DNA from: Botryllus schlosseri | Taxonomy: Eukaryota | Length of the DNA: 64,000 nt | Direction: 5' to 3' | Assembly: GCA_051294905.1 (NCBI GenBank) | Contig: CM119372.1 | Span: forward strand, 10,108,001 to 10,172,000 | In this document: one piece after another, positions 1 to 13,582 of the stretch | Layout of the letters: each line of letters opens with the position of its first letter | Numbering within the stretch: the first letter of the stretch is position 1 | Notes under the pieces: generated by a model | What the model saw: only the letters and a program-made list of their open reading frames with translations | Told to the model about the DNA's origin: nothing | Database searches by the model: none | Program-made: the position numbers and the translations under genes

Positions 1-231
1 GACTAAAAAATGGTCAACTTAACGGCGGTAACCGGTTTTTGGAGCACCTACTCGGTAAAATTACTTTTTATTTATTCAATTCTTAGGCGATCAAAGTAGT
101 TAGGTGAATGATTTTCCCGTTTATATGTCCTCTTCTTCGAATCTGTAAATATGGGGCGATAGGGGATGGGGGCGATAATGTGTGTCGAGGTTGATAAGGT
201 GGCGATAAGACGAAAAGGTTGGGAACCACTG
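1..231. mobile_element. Right end of a Charlie-type hAT element; same family as the left end at 43969
   Basis: Ends AAAAGGTTGGGAACCACTG; GGGGGCGA motifs; 43969 begins CAGTGGTTCCCAAC. Confidence 0.65.
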
Positions 232-1099
232 GTATAGCACAAAGGGACTGGTAGCGCATTTAAGGTCCGTACACATGATAGTAATTAAATCAACCCGCAT
301 GACTCAATCGGGCAAGCCAAAAAAAATCATTCCGTTTATAAATCGCATAATCCTCGGTTCGATGAACTTCCGAGACAGTTAACTGCTGTGGACGGGCTAG
401 CATTTAAACAAATTGCTCCAAAGTGAGCAAATTCGTCGGGCCTTCAAGGCTGACGCTATAACTTGCCAAGATGTCACAAACGGGTTCGGGACTTCGTGAT
501 CGAGCACAAAAAAAATCCGCAAGTGTGTGGAAAAAGAGCTTATATGGCTATGTAACGGAATGATGGACGTTTTTCGATCACGTTGGACAAATCAACTCCT
601 ACACGAAGCAGGCGGTACATGAATTTAAACGCTCATTATCCGGGTAGCTTTCGATCGCTGCGTTTCATTCGTATTCACGGGAGCATGTTTTTTCGTCAAT
701 ATTACAAGGAATAAATGTTGTCTGTGTAGCTTGTATGTGCATTTCGCTACTTTACCAATCCCGGGAAATCCCGGGATTGAGGAGCGAAAATCCCGGGAAA
801 TCCCGATCCCGGGATTTGAAATTTGATCCCGAAGTCCCAACCCTAATTGTGGCATTATGTGGCCCGAGTCGTCACTAGGTATCATATATAACACTACAAT
901 GAAATGTAGGGTTGGAATTAGCAATATGACGTCACGTGACGTCATGAGGTTCACGTTCGCGTTCACATAGAACCTTTCAAAAAGGTTCGCGTTCACACGA
1001 GCCAGAACCTTTCAGGGGTTCACACCATCCCTACTTATCGCCTATTTGGTTATTTGTGCCCAGAACATGAATGTTGTAACGTTCGTTGGTCTTTCTCAC

Positions 1100-1345
1100 T
1101 CAGGTACGCTTCGTGGACGACTTTCCAACCTCGCATGCATTCACCATTCTTCACTTTCTCTTCCGTGCGTCCACTTCAGTGTCTGTTGCTGTCGATTTTC
1201 ATAGCTCGACTTTACTTTCTCCGTGATATAGTGTGGTCGGTGATGAGGAGCCCAGATAAACCCCCGACACATTGAAGATGGTTCGAACCGGGATTCAAAC
1301 CCCCTGCATTGGTGTCGTGACTGCAGTGTTTAACCAACTGACTTG
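1100..1345 (-). mobile_element. Possible second tRNA-headed SINE family
   Basis: Minus strand agtcagttggttaaacactg...gggtttgaatccc resembles A and B boxes. Only one copy in the window, and the extent is uncertain. Confidence 0.35.
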
Positions 1346-1676
1346 TCATATAATGAATCCGTTTCTGTAATTTGGAACCCTACATTCGACCGACCATCCT
1401 AATGAGGCACAATTTATCAAATTATGACCTGCTAAAAGGTAGCAGCCGAATGAATAAAATGTTTGACAGAACTGTAATTATTATGTCGATGTCGTCTTCG
1501 CAAAAGAACGAGCTGCTCACAGATTTAAACTACCATCCCGTTTCAAGCTTTGGCACAACCAACTTTCATCTCTAATATTGGCAAATTAGTTGTTGTGGAA
1601 ATCATCATCTTATATCAACATTTGATTTGTATTAAATACTTCACTCAATCAGGTTTATCTATGTTTTCATCGTTTC

Positions 1677-4290
1677 AAAACATCACAAGACTGCGATACA
1701 ATGAAAAGATAGGAAGGTGTCGAAACAACTTGGAGTAGCCTTTAAGATCAGAACCTACCTTGGCCTAGGCGAATTAAATAAGAGGCATGCACAATTGCAC
1801 ATTGCACACTGAATGAAAAGTAATGCAGAGAACATAAGACGCAAGCGACAAAATAAGGTGGCATCTGGCGGAGGGCGAGGCCGATGTTAGTTCGTGGTCC
1901 GGTAATCCTGAAGACTGGCTAGTATTGATTTATAAGAAATTGCTTGTATTTCGACTTGAATGCGGACCAGACATGGGGTGATTACTTCCTGAATGTAATC
2001 GATTGCGATTACGATTACTTCTGAATGACGCGATTACGATTACGATTACAGCAAAATCAGGAAGTAGTCGATTACGATTACGATTACATTATTGGAAAAG
2101 TAATCACGATTACATTTATTTTTCATTTTAGATGTTATATTGGAAGACAATATATGGATTGCGCTGAAAAGGCCTAATGAGATAACAAACTTCCTTCAAA
2201 AATATGCGTCATTTGCTTGTTACGTCATGGTGTACATATTGCCCATTTTTATAGTGTACGAATTATCGCACCAAACGATTTGCATTCTTGCCAGGTCCAT
2301 GACCGCCGCACCCCAAATTTCCCAATAGGGTGGGGAGCGAGCTCGAAGGCGACTCAAAAGTACTTCGCAAACCAACATAAATTATAGAGTATTTTCGAGA
2401 GATTTAATTTACTTGAAAATTGCGTTTTTTCAAGTTGTAAAATTATGCCATATTTGTGTAAATGCTTTCCAAAAAATATGTTGTATGAGCCTACGGACAA
2501 TTTCCACCCGATTTAGCCGACATACATCGATATAGGGGGTTGGAACACCTCGAAATCGTCGGTTCAACAGTTAAATTAAAGATATTTCGTCAAAGGAGCT
2601 ATATTTACCCTATATTTTCAATTGTCAATGTCAATCCACATTCGTGACGTCATTGCTTAAAAAAACAATAAAAAACATGTTTTAAACAACGGCCTTCTTT
2701 TAAATATGTTTGCTTTAAATTTATTTTTGTTTTAAATGCAACCCTAATTTATAGCAATAGGCATTTAGGTTCCAGTCAATACCGTGCCACGACACACCAA
2801 AAGACACATGCAGTTTCGACCAACACGCGACTTCAGGAAGTGTGCTACTCGAGAAAGACCTTGGTTGAAACTTACGGTTTGTGCCCATTGTCAATAGCCG
2901 CGCTGGGTGGGTGTGACTTATAGTCTGGTCCTTCCAATCTGAGCCCGCAATGCAAATGCCACTTCCGGGCACCCACAGAGCATTAAAGACATGACAAATG
3001 GTGTGTGCGTCTCACGAAGGTTTTTTCTTCTAGTCTGGTACATTTGGGATAGAGTAATATCTTTTGATTATATAACAGACCGGAGGCCATGAATTAACAA
3101 CGTAAATCAGACCATCGGGGACAGAGGGAGGATTAAAAATGAATAATAATATAATGCAATAACCAATGTTATTGACGATATTCAGTCTTCAGCTTGAAAC
3201 TATCACCCTATGGGGGCCAAAGACCAACATTTGGACTGAGGGACGAATTGCTGTTTTGACGAGTGCAAAATTTCAAATCTTTGTCCGTACGTACGTACTA
3301 AATAGGCCTACTGCTCGCCAGCAATCAGCAACGGTCAAACTGCGTTTAAGTAAGCATAACCAAACATCAATACACAAGTTACTATTTTAAACTATAGGCA
3401 AAGTGTTGATGAACTATCCTGCTGCGAGGTACTATGGCGTGTGGAACGTGTTGATAAGCTGATAAACAGCACGATGGGTGTTCTTACAATCACACTAATG
3501 TACGACGTACGTACGTCGTACATCGAATATCTATTTACTGTGGATACGCAATGACGAGCAAAGCTAATAGGCTACTTCTGACGTAATAATCAGCAATGGC
3601 ATTTGAAAATCAGACGTTTGTGCTATCACGTATAACTGGTATAACATCTGTTACTTGTTCACGAATATCCAGTTCATGTCATGGTCCTTGTACAAATAAA
3701 AAGTAATCGTTCTTTCACAAAGAAATCGATTAGATATTGGAAGTAGTCGATTACGATTACGATTAATTCGGAATTTTTTCGAATGTAATCGATTGCGATT
3801 ACTTGAAAATGCTGTAATCGTCGTAATCGATTACGATTACTAATCGCGATTACCCCATGTCTGATACGGACATGCTCGACGACTGTCGGATAGCCGGTGA
3901 GATGCTGTTGCACAATTGGGGTCAGACATACTTGATAGAGCAATGCGTTTTCTTGTATTCAGTCATGATCATATGATAGTTGTTCTTCGTTGACGCGCGT
4001 GTGCTGTACTTGTGCGCTTTTGTCTCCGAGGTGAAAAAGTCGTTGAAATTTTAGGGAAATTGACCACAATGGAACTGATACATAAACTTGGCAATTTCTA
4101 GCTTCCTCATATCTTCCAAGTTTAGAACACCAAATCTTTTGAGAAGCGATTTATCAGTTGCACATCCAGGCCCCCGTGGGGCTTTGGCAATGATCCGATG
4201 TTGAAGTTTTTGCAGTGGGTCTATTACATTCTTACAGGCAGCACCCCAACAAAAAAATCCGTATTGTAACTTTGATAGGAATAGAGTGTA
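1677..4290 (-). mobile_element. Second, decayed copy of the same LINE, split by the 1968-3863 insertion
   Basis: 1677-1967 matches 46915-47178, and 3864-4290 matches 47179-47595 (e.g. acgcgcgtgtg.tgtacttgtgcgctttt; ggcagcaccccaaca). Confidence 0.8.
1968..3863. mobile_element. Non-autonomous hAT-like element with (GATTAC)n subterminal repeats
   Basis: TIR CAGACATGGGGT / ACCCCATGTCTG. 8-bp TSD ATGCGGAC/ATACGGAC. The empty site ATGTGGAC is visible in the sister LINE at about 47171. Confidence 0.88.
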
Positions 4291-4554
4291 CTTGTATACT
4301 TATACTTGTATATATCCTCTCCCTGTTTTCGCACGCTCTAATGATATAAGATTGCGTTTTGGCTTATATAGGGTTACCATATTTTGAGATTGGCTCCAAA
4401 AGTTATCGAAGCGGAAGAGAAAACCATATTCATACAGCCAATTTCATTGTGTTGACTAAAATAAGTGATTTTTCCGAATTGACTTCCGCTTTCATCTATT
4501 ATTATGAGTGTTGACTAACCAAATTGTATTTTTCAGATTTGACTCCACTTAACC

Positions 4555-5690
4555 CAGGGGCGGGCAAACTACGGCCCGCGGGCCGCATGCGGCCCGCAAC
4601 ACCGTTCTGTGTGGCCCGCGAGAGTCTAAAGAAACTTTTTAAAAATATTGATAAAATAATGCGTACTAAAAATCGAATTATTGCTGGGACTTGAATAAAC
4701 TTTTTCTTGGTATATTTCACCATGATAATTCTAAGGCAGTGGTTCTCAAACTGAGGGGCGCGCCCCCTCGGCGTGAAATCATCTGAAGGAGGGCTCGACT
4801 AAAAAAAATTTTTGCGCTCCACGCGATTTACGTCCCATTCATAACTTTTGCTCTGAATTTAGTTTGAATTTCATATTTAAAAATACCTCCTTCCATGCCA
4901 TCAAACTATCTGTTATGTTTGCTAACATCCTGGTTGCGTTTTGTGATATGACAATAAGGGGGCGCGAAATCTTTCACCGTCATAAGAGGGGGGCATGTCT
5001 CAAAAAGTTTGAGAACCACTGTTCTAAGGTAAATACTTGCTATGTATACTTTTTAATGTTTAATTTTTGGCGCGACAGCCCGATCTCCAGGCCCACGCAG
5101 TTTGAAATGTTTCAACTGCTAAACATCACAGAAATCCTTAACGAGATTGACATAATTCGGATCACGAGTGTGATTTCAAATTGGCCATTCCAGTTTTAAT
5201 TATTTCAGTGATGTGCTAATAAAAAACGATTCGCGCGTGTCTTAGGTAGATTCGTTCTCTGTATGCGTAGAATTGGGGTATATATATTTTATCTACACAT
5301 AGTATAGAAGTGTGTTTGAAGCTAACATGGTTATGGTGCTGTAAGCATTGTGTGTCTTGGAACTGAACCAAAAGTGTAGTAAATCAATGAACAGATCGCT
5401 GCTCACAGATTTCAATTTCAATACTGTTTTAAGAATCGAGACAACCATCTTCCATATCTATAGTTTTGACAAATTGGTTATTGAGGTCGACCAGCCTATG
5501 AAATCTCGCCACTATGTTTCTGACGCGTGTACGATATCATCAAAGCACATATATTGTCTCCATGTCGTCACTATATAATCAAATACCAATATTGCGTTTT
5601 GGTTTATAATCCAAATTTTATGTAGTGCGGCCCGCGGAAGGAATCAGATGTTGAATGCGGCCCGCGAGATCAAAAGTTTGCCCACCCCTG
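4555..5690. mobile_element. hAT (Charlie/Chaplin-like) non-autonomous element
   Basis: TIR CAGGGGCGGGCAAACT / AGTTTGCCCACCCCTG, GGCCCGC subterminal motifs, TSD ACTTAACC/ACTTAACT. Confidence 0.85.
4737..5021. mobile_element. hAT Charlie-type MITE nested in 4555-5690
   Basis: TIR CAGTGGTTCTCAAACT / AGTTTGAGAACCACTG with perfect TSD TTCTAAGG. Confidence 0.9.
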
Positions 5691-6031
5691 ACTTAACTCG
5701 TCGTCCATTTTTTAATGCTAAAATTGAACGTCTTTCGTTGTATTCTTGTGCATTTAGGCTAAAAAGAAGGACACTTCATCAAAAAGAAGGATGATAGCCT
5801 CTAGCTCAATCCCAATTTTGCTACAGGGCGATCCGCGAATGGTTCAGATGTTGAACACGGTCCTTGAAATGTAAGGTTTGCCCATCCTGTAGCAGCTACT
5901 ATCCAATGCGCTGCGTTATCATTCACTCGTTGATCCTGCCAAAAATGCTGTCCTCAATTTCGACATATATATCACTTTATTGAATGATTGTAAATATATA
6001 TTTATTCGCCTATGTTCACATGACGGGTTTG

Positions 6032-9000
6032 TCAATTGAGATGCAGAGTTGATTTCATCCACAAAAACCATTCGTATAAATCAATAGCAAACAGCTCCAC
6101 ATGCAGACGAAGCTTGCGTTTCCACTTTTGCATAGTACTCTTGTCGCGTTTGCCTTCGAAATAAGAAACGGTGCGCAGGCAGCACTTTGTCATGTTCAGG
6201 AAGCCCGAGGAATCGGACCTGGTTCCGTGCAAAACCTAAAGATTTCGCCCCAGTTTAGTACGCGACGTGTACCATGCATGTAAAATTCCGCAATTCACAT
6301 ATTTTGGGCGTCATGACATAATTTCGTTGCATACGTAACAGCCAGAGGAAGTCAATAACAAAGTTCTTCTGGATTTTCGAAGTACTCAAGTAGGTAGGTA
6401 CTTACTCAAGTGATCATATCTGACTACTTCTATTTTGACAGTTTTCAGAACTAGGCCTATACTTCGAAATCGTTTCTGCTACTTGGACTTGAGTAGAAAT
6501 TCACAACGCTACTTATACTTATACCGGAGTACCAACCGTGATTACTTTAACCCCCTCTGGAAGGGGTGTAATGACTCGACTCGAGTCGCGAATTTTTGGT
6601 AACTTGACTTGAGTCATTTTTTCAAATGCGTAAAATGACTCGAACCAAGTCATATGCTGCGAGACTAGGACGGCTAAGACAGACACTCCATTGTTAACTT
6701 CGAATAGTGAAGTCACCACAATATTGGTATTTCGTCTACCGGTCCTGATACTTTGAAAATAGGGTCAGAAACTGAGAAAAATTACTATATTATGAATGCG
6801 AGCAATTCTATATCACTCGAGCAGTGTTAAAGAAAGTGGGTTGAATCGGATTGAACTGAAAACTGAACTGTGAACATAATGACTTGGACTCGGACTCGAG
6901 TCAAAACACTATGACTCGCACTCGACTATATAGCTGACTTGGCTCGGTGGTGAATTTAAAATGACTGTAAGCTGCTGTAAGCTTGTACTACCCGTGTGCA
7001 GGCACACCTTGAACTTGGGTGGAGATTCGCTGCACCAAGTCTACTGAATGACTAGCGACTACTATGAGTAAGTGGGATTTAGACGTCACAATAGGAATCA
7101 TGACACACCGGTGACTAAATTTTCAGACGACTCTCATCCTAAACCTTGGCCAATTCATTTCCAACCAGAATTATAACCACCGCAATGAGGCCACAAGTTG
7201 AGACCGTGGCACTCAATTAATCAGTATTCGTGACGTGTCATAATTAAAAGAAATTTGCCTACTCCGAATTTTAATCCTGGCTTCGCCTAAGATCAATGAT
7301 CATTTATGCAATCGGTGTGAAACGTGTTCGGGTTTGAATAGCATTGGGCATAATCATAACCGCACGTATATTCACCTCAAGCATCCTCAACAGATCGTTA
7401 GTCTTGAAGAGCATGACCATGGGTCTCGGTACCAAGTTGAGGATTTTTGCGATTCCGCCCAAGTATTGTGGTACTTCGGTGCGTATTTCATTGTCCTCCT
7501 CATTCGAGAACTCTGTTCTGGTAGCAGAAAAATATCTGTCAATGGGTATGACAAACCCCCGGTGGAGATCCTATGGGAAAAGGATTCCTCTTGCCCTTAA
7601 TTCTGAAGAATGTGATGTCAAATCGTTGATCAAATATCATCAACGCTCCGCTGTTGAACACCCCTGAAAAGACTTGATGCAGTGGCTGGTAACTGGCAAG
7701 CCATAGTATCCGAAGGAAAATAAAAAAATTGAGCTAAAGGTCGAGTCGTTTACTTCGCTTACCCGACATTCGATCATGCGACACAATAAAAACAGAAATT
7801 CGAAATACTGGAAGAATTTTTCTGCGCCGACTTTCAATCAGTATCAGATTGAACGGATTTAAAATGGCGTATGGCAATCTACAGTTTACGTTGACGGGGA
7901 CAAAATCGGTCAGAAAACGAACTAAAATAGTGCAGCATTGACAAAATACGCCAGGGTCGTACATCATACGATGTTCAGGAATCACTCTTATTGTCAGTGT
8001 CACTCCACAGAACATGATAATTCTATCCATCTTTTAGGCAGACCTTCATGAAGTGATCCATAGAATATTTTCAAAACCTAAACAGGGTTACGTGACATAC
8101 TAGGATAGGATGACTCCTCTTTACATGTACCTACTTCCCAATTCCTTTTTCCGCAATCGCTTCCCAACTCCGCACCGTGACCATAGTCGCGAACAACGGA
8201 TAAAGATCTCCGACGCCAAAAGCGTCCGAGTGCTTCTTGATCTTTTTAACATCGCCATCAAGAAGGCCTTGCCAGAGACCCGCGTATTCATATCTAAATA
8301 GAGTTCCAGTCGTTTTTTTTTCGTCGGACAAGAACCAACCCACGTCTAGGGTTGGGCATCCGAGTATCACCTATTCTGATGTCACAACAGTCATAATGAC
8401 TTGAACGGTTCATAGATGCATATTGCATACGTTTCGCAGCCACAAAAAAAATGACGTCATTTACATGTCATCCGCTGACACGGTCTCTCCACACAGAAAA
8501 TCTCAGTTGCGCACAAAAAATCCGAAGTGATAACCTTTTTTTTAGTCGTTACGCACTGTTGTCCAAGGGTCTGCGCAGTAAGTTGGTGAGTGTGCGCAGA
8601 CTCATCAAAAGTTAGAGGGAACATTGCATGGTTGCATCCAATATAATTTGGTGTTCTGGACCATGGCTATTTCATATGGGTTCACATTTTGGAATCTGGA
8701 AAGGGGGACACTTTTTCAAACCCATAAAAGTCAGCCGATTTTGAAATATTTACTGGAAATCTTGTTGTGATGCCAAAAAAGAGGTCATTACGCCTGATCC
8801 AACTACCAACAATCCGCTCGAACATATGCATTGTCTATTTTGCGTCATTGAAGCCGATTATCAGTTGACCCACTCCATTAGCCTAGCTGTAAAAGCTGTA
8901 AAGGAGGACATTTAGGCGTCCTCGAAGAGATTTTTAATCTCCTGAAAAAGGAGGACGTATGGTAACCCTAGCTCCCTTTGTCCCACAAATGTAGTCCCAT

Positions 9001-12000
9001 CCCCGTGAATGTTAGTGCCGGCCTCCGACCAGCTGCCGTTCAAAGACCCAACAGCACAGACACAGCTAGAGTTTACTAGAATTTTCATGCCGGCGACATC
9101 ATATTTGATATACAAAGTTGTTATGAATTCTCATCCAGATACTAACGATTAACCCTTATGAGTGTCTGCCAAAACTATTCGGGTTTATTTCAATTCAGTA
9201 CTAAAAATAAATTTTCCCTTGATGACATATCACTCTTGATGCGAGGGCGTTCATTTCCGTTACCCGCAAAAATCGACTCGAATCATTACAAATGATGCTC
9301 GAGTCGAATTCAAGTAACGTCTCGCCCAGTTCTGCCAGCGTCTCACCGAAATTCCTCGTCGAAATGCTGGTACAGTCCGTGGTCCAAGAGCACGACTTCG
9401 ACATCGCTGGGTTTCTTCCGTCCGGATAAAAACGGAAAGAAAGATTTCACCGCCTCGAATAGAGACGTCCTCCCAGACAGTTTTTGCAATTCCGACGGGT
9501 GTCGCCTACGCACGAGAACGTTACCCGGATGCGGGTCGCAATGCACGAACCCGTGTTTGAATATCATTTCGCTGAACATCTTCCCCAGCAGCCTGAAGAG
9601 TTTTTAACGCAAATCTCAGAACGGCGACAAATTTATCAGGTACTTTGACGCGGTACCTGGAGACCTTGTTACAGTCGATGTCATGGTCCTCAAAGTATTT
9701 CAGATCGTTGACTTGTCCGCCGTCGCAAAATTCCATCGTCAGGACGTGATTCGACGAATGCTTCCAGTGAATTTTCGGGATCTAAAGAGTCCATGGCAAT
9801 TGGCGTCAACAATGATTAAAGTCAGCAAAACTTCAATGCGAACGAGCATGACAAATGTTCGGGATTTCAGTCCTGCCCTATACAGAAAGGTTCGGAATTT
9901 AATTCTGTCTTCACTGTGGCATCATGGACGAGACAAGGAATTCGATAAATCAAAAATTTCCTGAGATTTGAGGGTTCGAAAAGATCACAATTCTCGGAAA
10001 TCGGACCTGTCACGAATTCAGAAAGTATATAACACGTTTTGTAATCCTTGGCCACGACTATTTCATAGAGCTTTCCAGTCATGCTGTGGTTCGATCAATA
10101 CTCGACAGAAATACTATTTCCATGTGTAGACTCGTGCAAATTGAGGTGGACACTGAATTACGATCATTCGAGGTTTCAAGGCTGTCACGGTGAGAGGAAA
10201 TTTCTAAATATTTCTCGTTGGTAGGATAATTTTCAGTCGCAACAGGCGCATAATTTCACTACTTTAATAATTAGACTCTCACAGCACTCGACTCGGTGTA
10301 ACCAGCTCAAATAATAATTATCCATATAAGGAGTTGGAAATTTGATATCGGTAGCACTGTCTACCAAGGATGCTATTCAAAGTACAGAAATAACTTGCTC
10401 GTGAAGAGAGTAGCGGGAGAATCCAATTGTCCATTATTTGGTGAAGTACAGACTTTTCATCTCAGAAACAATAACATGATGAGATGAGGTTGTTATGTTC
10501 ATGCATTTTACGTTGGTGTCGTTTGCCTCTTATATGTCTAGGATTAGTAATTACCGCCAATCATTATTTCTTCGTGTGTCGGGCTTCGTATTTATACCCT
10601 GTGTTCTGTTGTCTCGTGGTCTTTTCCATTTAACTGCACTCTGGATCGTGTCGTTACCGTAAAGTTATACAGCTGATAATATACTGATTTCTTATTGCAA
10701 CCTCGTCGCATTGAGTTATTGTTCAAACAAGATCAAGAACATAACAGAGGTAATACATCATTGATGTACAGTATAACAATGTCAATAAGCAGTGATTGGT
10801 GGCAATTATACAGAAACAATCTCTCAGCTTCACAGTATCACATAATCACGGAAAATAGGCTAATGAAGAAAATATACTGTGATAGATGCCATTTGGAATT
10901 GAATCATATAGATCGTAGGTCGTACCTACCCAATAAACATCTCAGGATATTAGGGCAATGACATCTCATTATAGGGTAGGATGAGTTGTAATGAATAGAG
11001 GAGGTGAGATGAGTGTTTTCAGAAAAACATGTAGGCTATAAATATTTTCTACGTGGAATATTGAAATAGTTTCTGGTATGCTAATAGGTGAAGATTTATA
11101 TTTGAATGCCAGTGTGCATGGTCTTAATTGAATTCGAATCAAAATAAAATGTATTAAAAAGTAAAGGTCATGCAATATCGAATGGAATACTTGGACATGG
11201 TTATAGTTGGATTGCTTACAATGGTCCTGCAACAGCTTGTTTAAAAAATTGTAGGCTACATTGTGGTCTCATGAAAATTATAAATTTATGTTACAAAAAC
11301 TTTGCTTTTGTTGCAATTTTCTTACGAAGCTCACCTTCACCCACTCAAAGCATCTCAATTGAGCGGCGACCTTTTCCGCATTCCTCCCTTCATTGAGAAA
11401 GTCCAACTCCAACGGCAGGTGCTTTTTAGTTTCCTCGGCCAGCCATATGAGCTTAAATTCAGGGAAAATTTTAGCAGCCTGTCTGAAAACGAGAACCACC
11501 CATGAGCGATTGAATGTACATCCCAAAACCCACGATACAGTCAAAAACTTCACAGAGGCCGATGAATGATAACCAAATCAAACGCGTATGAGCCAGGAAT
11601 ATGAAGTCACCTTGTCAGCCACTCAGTGACAGCCATGTCGAAGTCGGCTTCCTCTCGGACGTTTGGATGCTGAACCTTGACCGCGACCTTTTCTCCCGAT
11701 GATTTCAAAGTTGCGAGATGAACTTGCGCCAATGAGGCCGTTCCCACTGGCTCCGTGGAGAAGGATGAAAACACTTCATCCAGTTTTTCAACTTTTAAAT
11801 CTTTCTTTACTATCTGAATCGAAAGAAAAGAAGCATGACAGGTCGGATGTTGGAAAAAAACGTCATCGTCAATGTTATGAGAGTTGCCATCACTACATCC
11901 CAATCACTGTTACTGTTGTAAGTCATATCATTCATTGTTACGTCTTGCGTGTAATATATATTTATTACTAATACTGTTGTGGCGTTGTTCAAGCATTTGG

Positions 12001-13582
12001 CTGTTTCCTTCCTACCAGCTATCTATAAATAACTGTGCAGTGATATGCGTACTCAACTTATTTATTCCTTAACTTGCTAATTCTTGCCTAGATTTGTACA
12101 TGTTCCTTTCAGTCAATTAGTTATTACTTACAGTCACTTAGAGTGGGGCTAAAGGCTTCCTAGTTCCTAGTTTAATATGTTATATAAGGATTGTGTTGTT
12201 TTGTTGAGCTTCTATGATGGATTTTCATGCTGGGTCAAAGTAAGCGCTGTCTTCTGCGATTCGACAATTCTCCGTTCAAGCTGCAGCTGAATTGATGATC
12301 TGCTGATCCATTCGCTACAGCCTGGTTCTGCATTAGTATACACTTTGCTTTGTATTTATGTAGCTTGCGGAAGAGAGAGAGAGAGAGAGAGATGGTATTC
12401 TTTTTCGCCTGAACCATCGAGATGCTCTGACGACGGAGATGCGATACGGCCTTTATAGCAAGGTCATCTAGTCTGCATCCCCGGTTTTTTCTCCTCCATG
12501 CTATCCGTGATTGCTGAGCGCCTAGCAGGATAGCCGCGGATACCAGTTTTCGAGTCTTTGGTCTGACCTGGCCGGGGATCGAACCCACGACCTACCGATC
12601 GAGAAGCCGGACGCACAACCATTACACTATCTCGCTCGGTGGAACCGAACAAACAATTCTCTCTTTGAGTACAGGTTAACTTTGGTACCTTAAGGTGAGT
12701 AAGGGTAAGCCAAGACACAGTTCTAAGCATAAACGCTCTGATATAGGCCTATGGTCAGAGTCGGATCAGAAGGCTTTGGATCGATGATTCTTATCTCAAA
12801 GACTACTCCTAATCTCAAAGACTACGGTACTCCATCACCTCCCTATCTTTTCATTGCATCGCAGTTTTGTGGTGTCTTGAAATGATGAAATATTAATAAA
12901 CTGATACTGGCGCTGTTCTATTTAACACAAAGTTTTAACACTTTGAGTGCACCATCTGTGGATGAATTGTGAGCATTAGAAAAGTAAGAATCATTAACTA
13001 GCAAGTCCAGCAGGACAGAGTAAAAGCTTCCAATTAGATGAACATTGCCTAGTTGGGGTATTGAAACCATATGTTGGAGTTACGCTATTATGACAAGTTG
13101 CCAGTCATTCATTGAAACTATTGGCTTATCAAGTCACAGCCACAGCCTACAAATGCATGTCACCACAATTGCGTCTGCATATTGAGTTGCACATATTGTT
13201 AAATATGACCCACCTTTTCAACATCTTGAAACGTGCTTTTTGGAGCATCATCGTGAAAGGCTTTTAAAACTTTAGTATATTCTTGAGGTAGAATGTAGTC
13301 CAACGCACCAAGCAATTGTCCCAATTTAATGTAGGTCCCTTTGTTTTTACAACACAGAGAATGCAGTTTGTGCGCTGATCGAGTGTGTGTATTCGATAGA
13401 GCTGATCTGTATTGACTCGAATCCGGATCCAAATTATGTAATGTCCACTTGTAATCAAGCATTATAGATCCCGCTGTAGACATGACCCGTCCGGATCTAC
13501 TGTGTTGCGCATATAAGTATAAGCTTGAGCCTGTTAAAACAAGCCCCACCATGGGCTTCGAAATCGCACGCAGCGTCCCCAT
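6032..13582 (-). CDS. ADCK1: AarF domain-containing kinase 1 (UbiB/ABC1 atypical kinase), 8 coding exons
   Basis: Exons in transcript order: 13582-13214, 11813-11611, 11482-11335, 9781-9657, 9592-9347, 8293-8135, 7517-7376, 6235-6032. All junctions are GT-AG and phases match. Motifs: YIKLGQ (KxGQ), TASLAQVH, VAVKVQHP, ELDFLNEGRN, LTMEFCDG, HCDPHPGN, LLDHGLY, LFKTNDLLR and FLNMTKCC, the last two being ADCK1-type C-terminal segments. Confidence 0.93.
6562..6960. repeat. GACTCGAGTC-rich transposon-derived repeat; other fragments at ~9270, ~24025 and ~26395-26600
   Basis: Recurrent gactcgactcgagtc / gacttggactcggactcgag arrays. Confidence 0.6.
12372..12640 (-). mobile_element. tRNA-derived SINE with (CT)n tail in ADCK1 intron 1
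   Basis: A-box GATAGTGTAATGG and B-box GGTTCGATCC, followed by GGTCAGACCAAAGACT..AAAACTGGTATCC...CCTGCTAGGCGCTCAGCA. A second copy lies at 34557. Confidence 0.8.

Noticed and set aside
8131..8134. Premature stop truncating ADCK1 at GIGK*
   Set aside because: The TAG lies within the donor (aa|gtaggt); the frame continues in exons 7517-7376 and 6235-6032.
12570..12640. tRNA gene (also 34557-34635 and 1275-1345)
   Set aside because: A and B boxes are present, but there is no pairing acceptor stem. At 12570 and 34557 the head continues into a shared SINE body.
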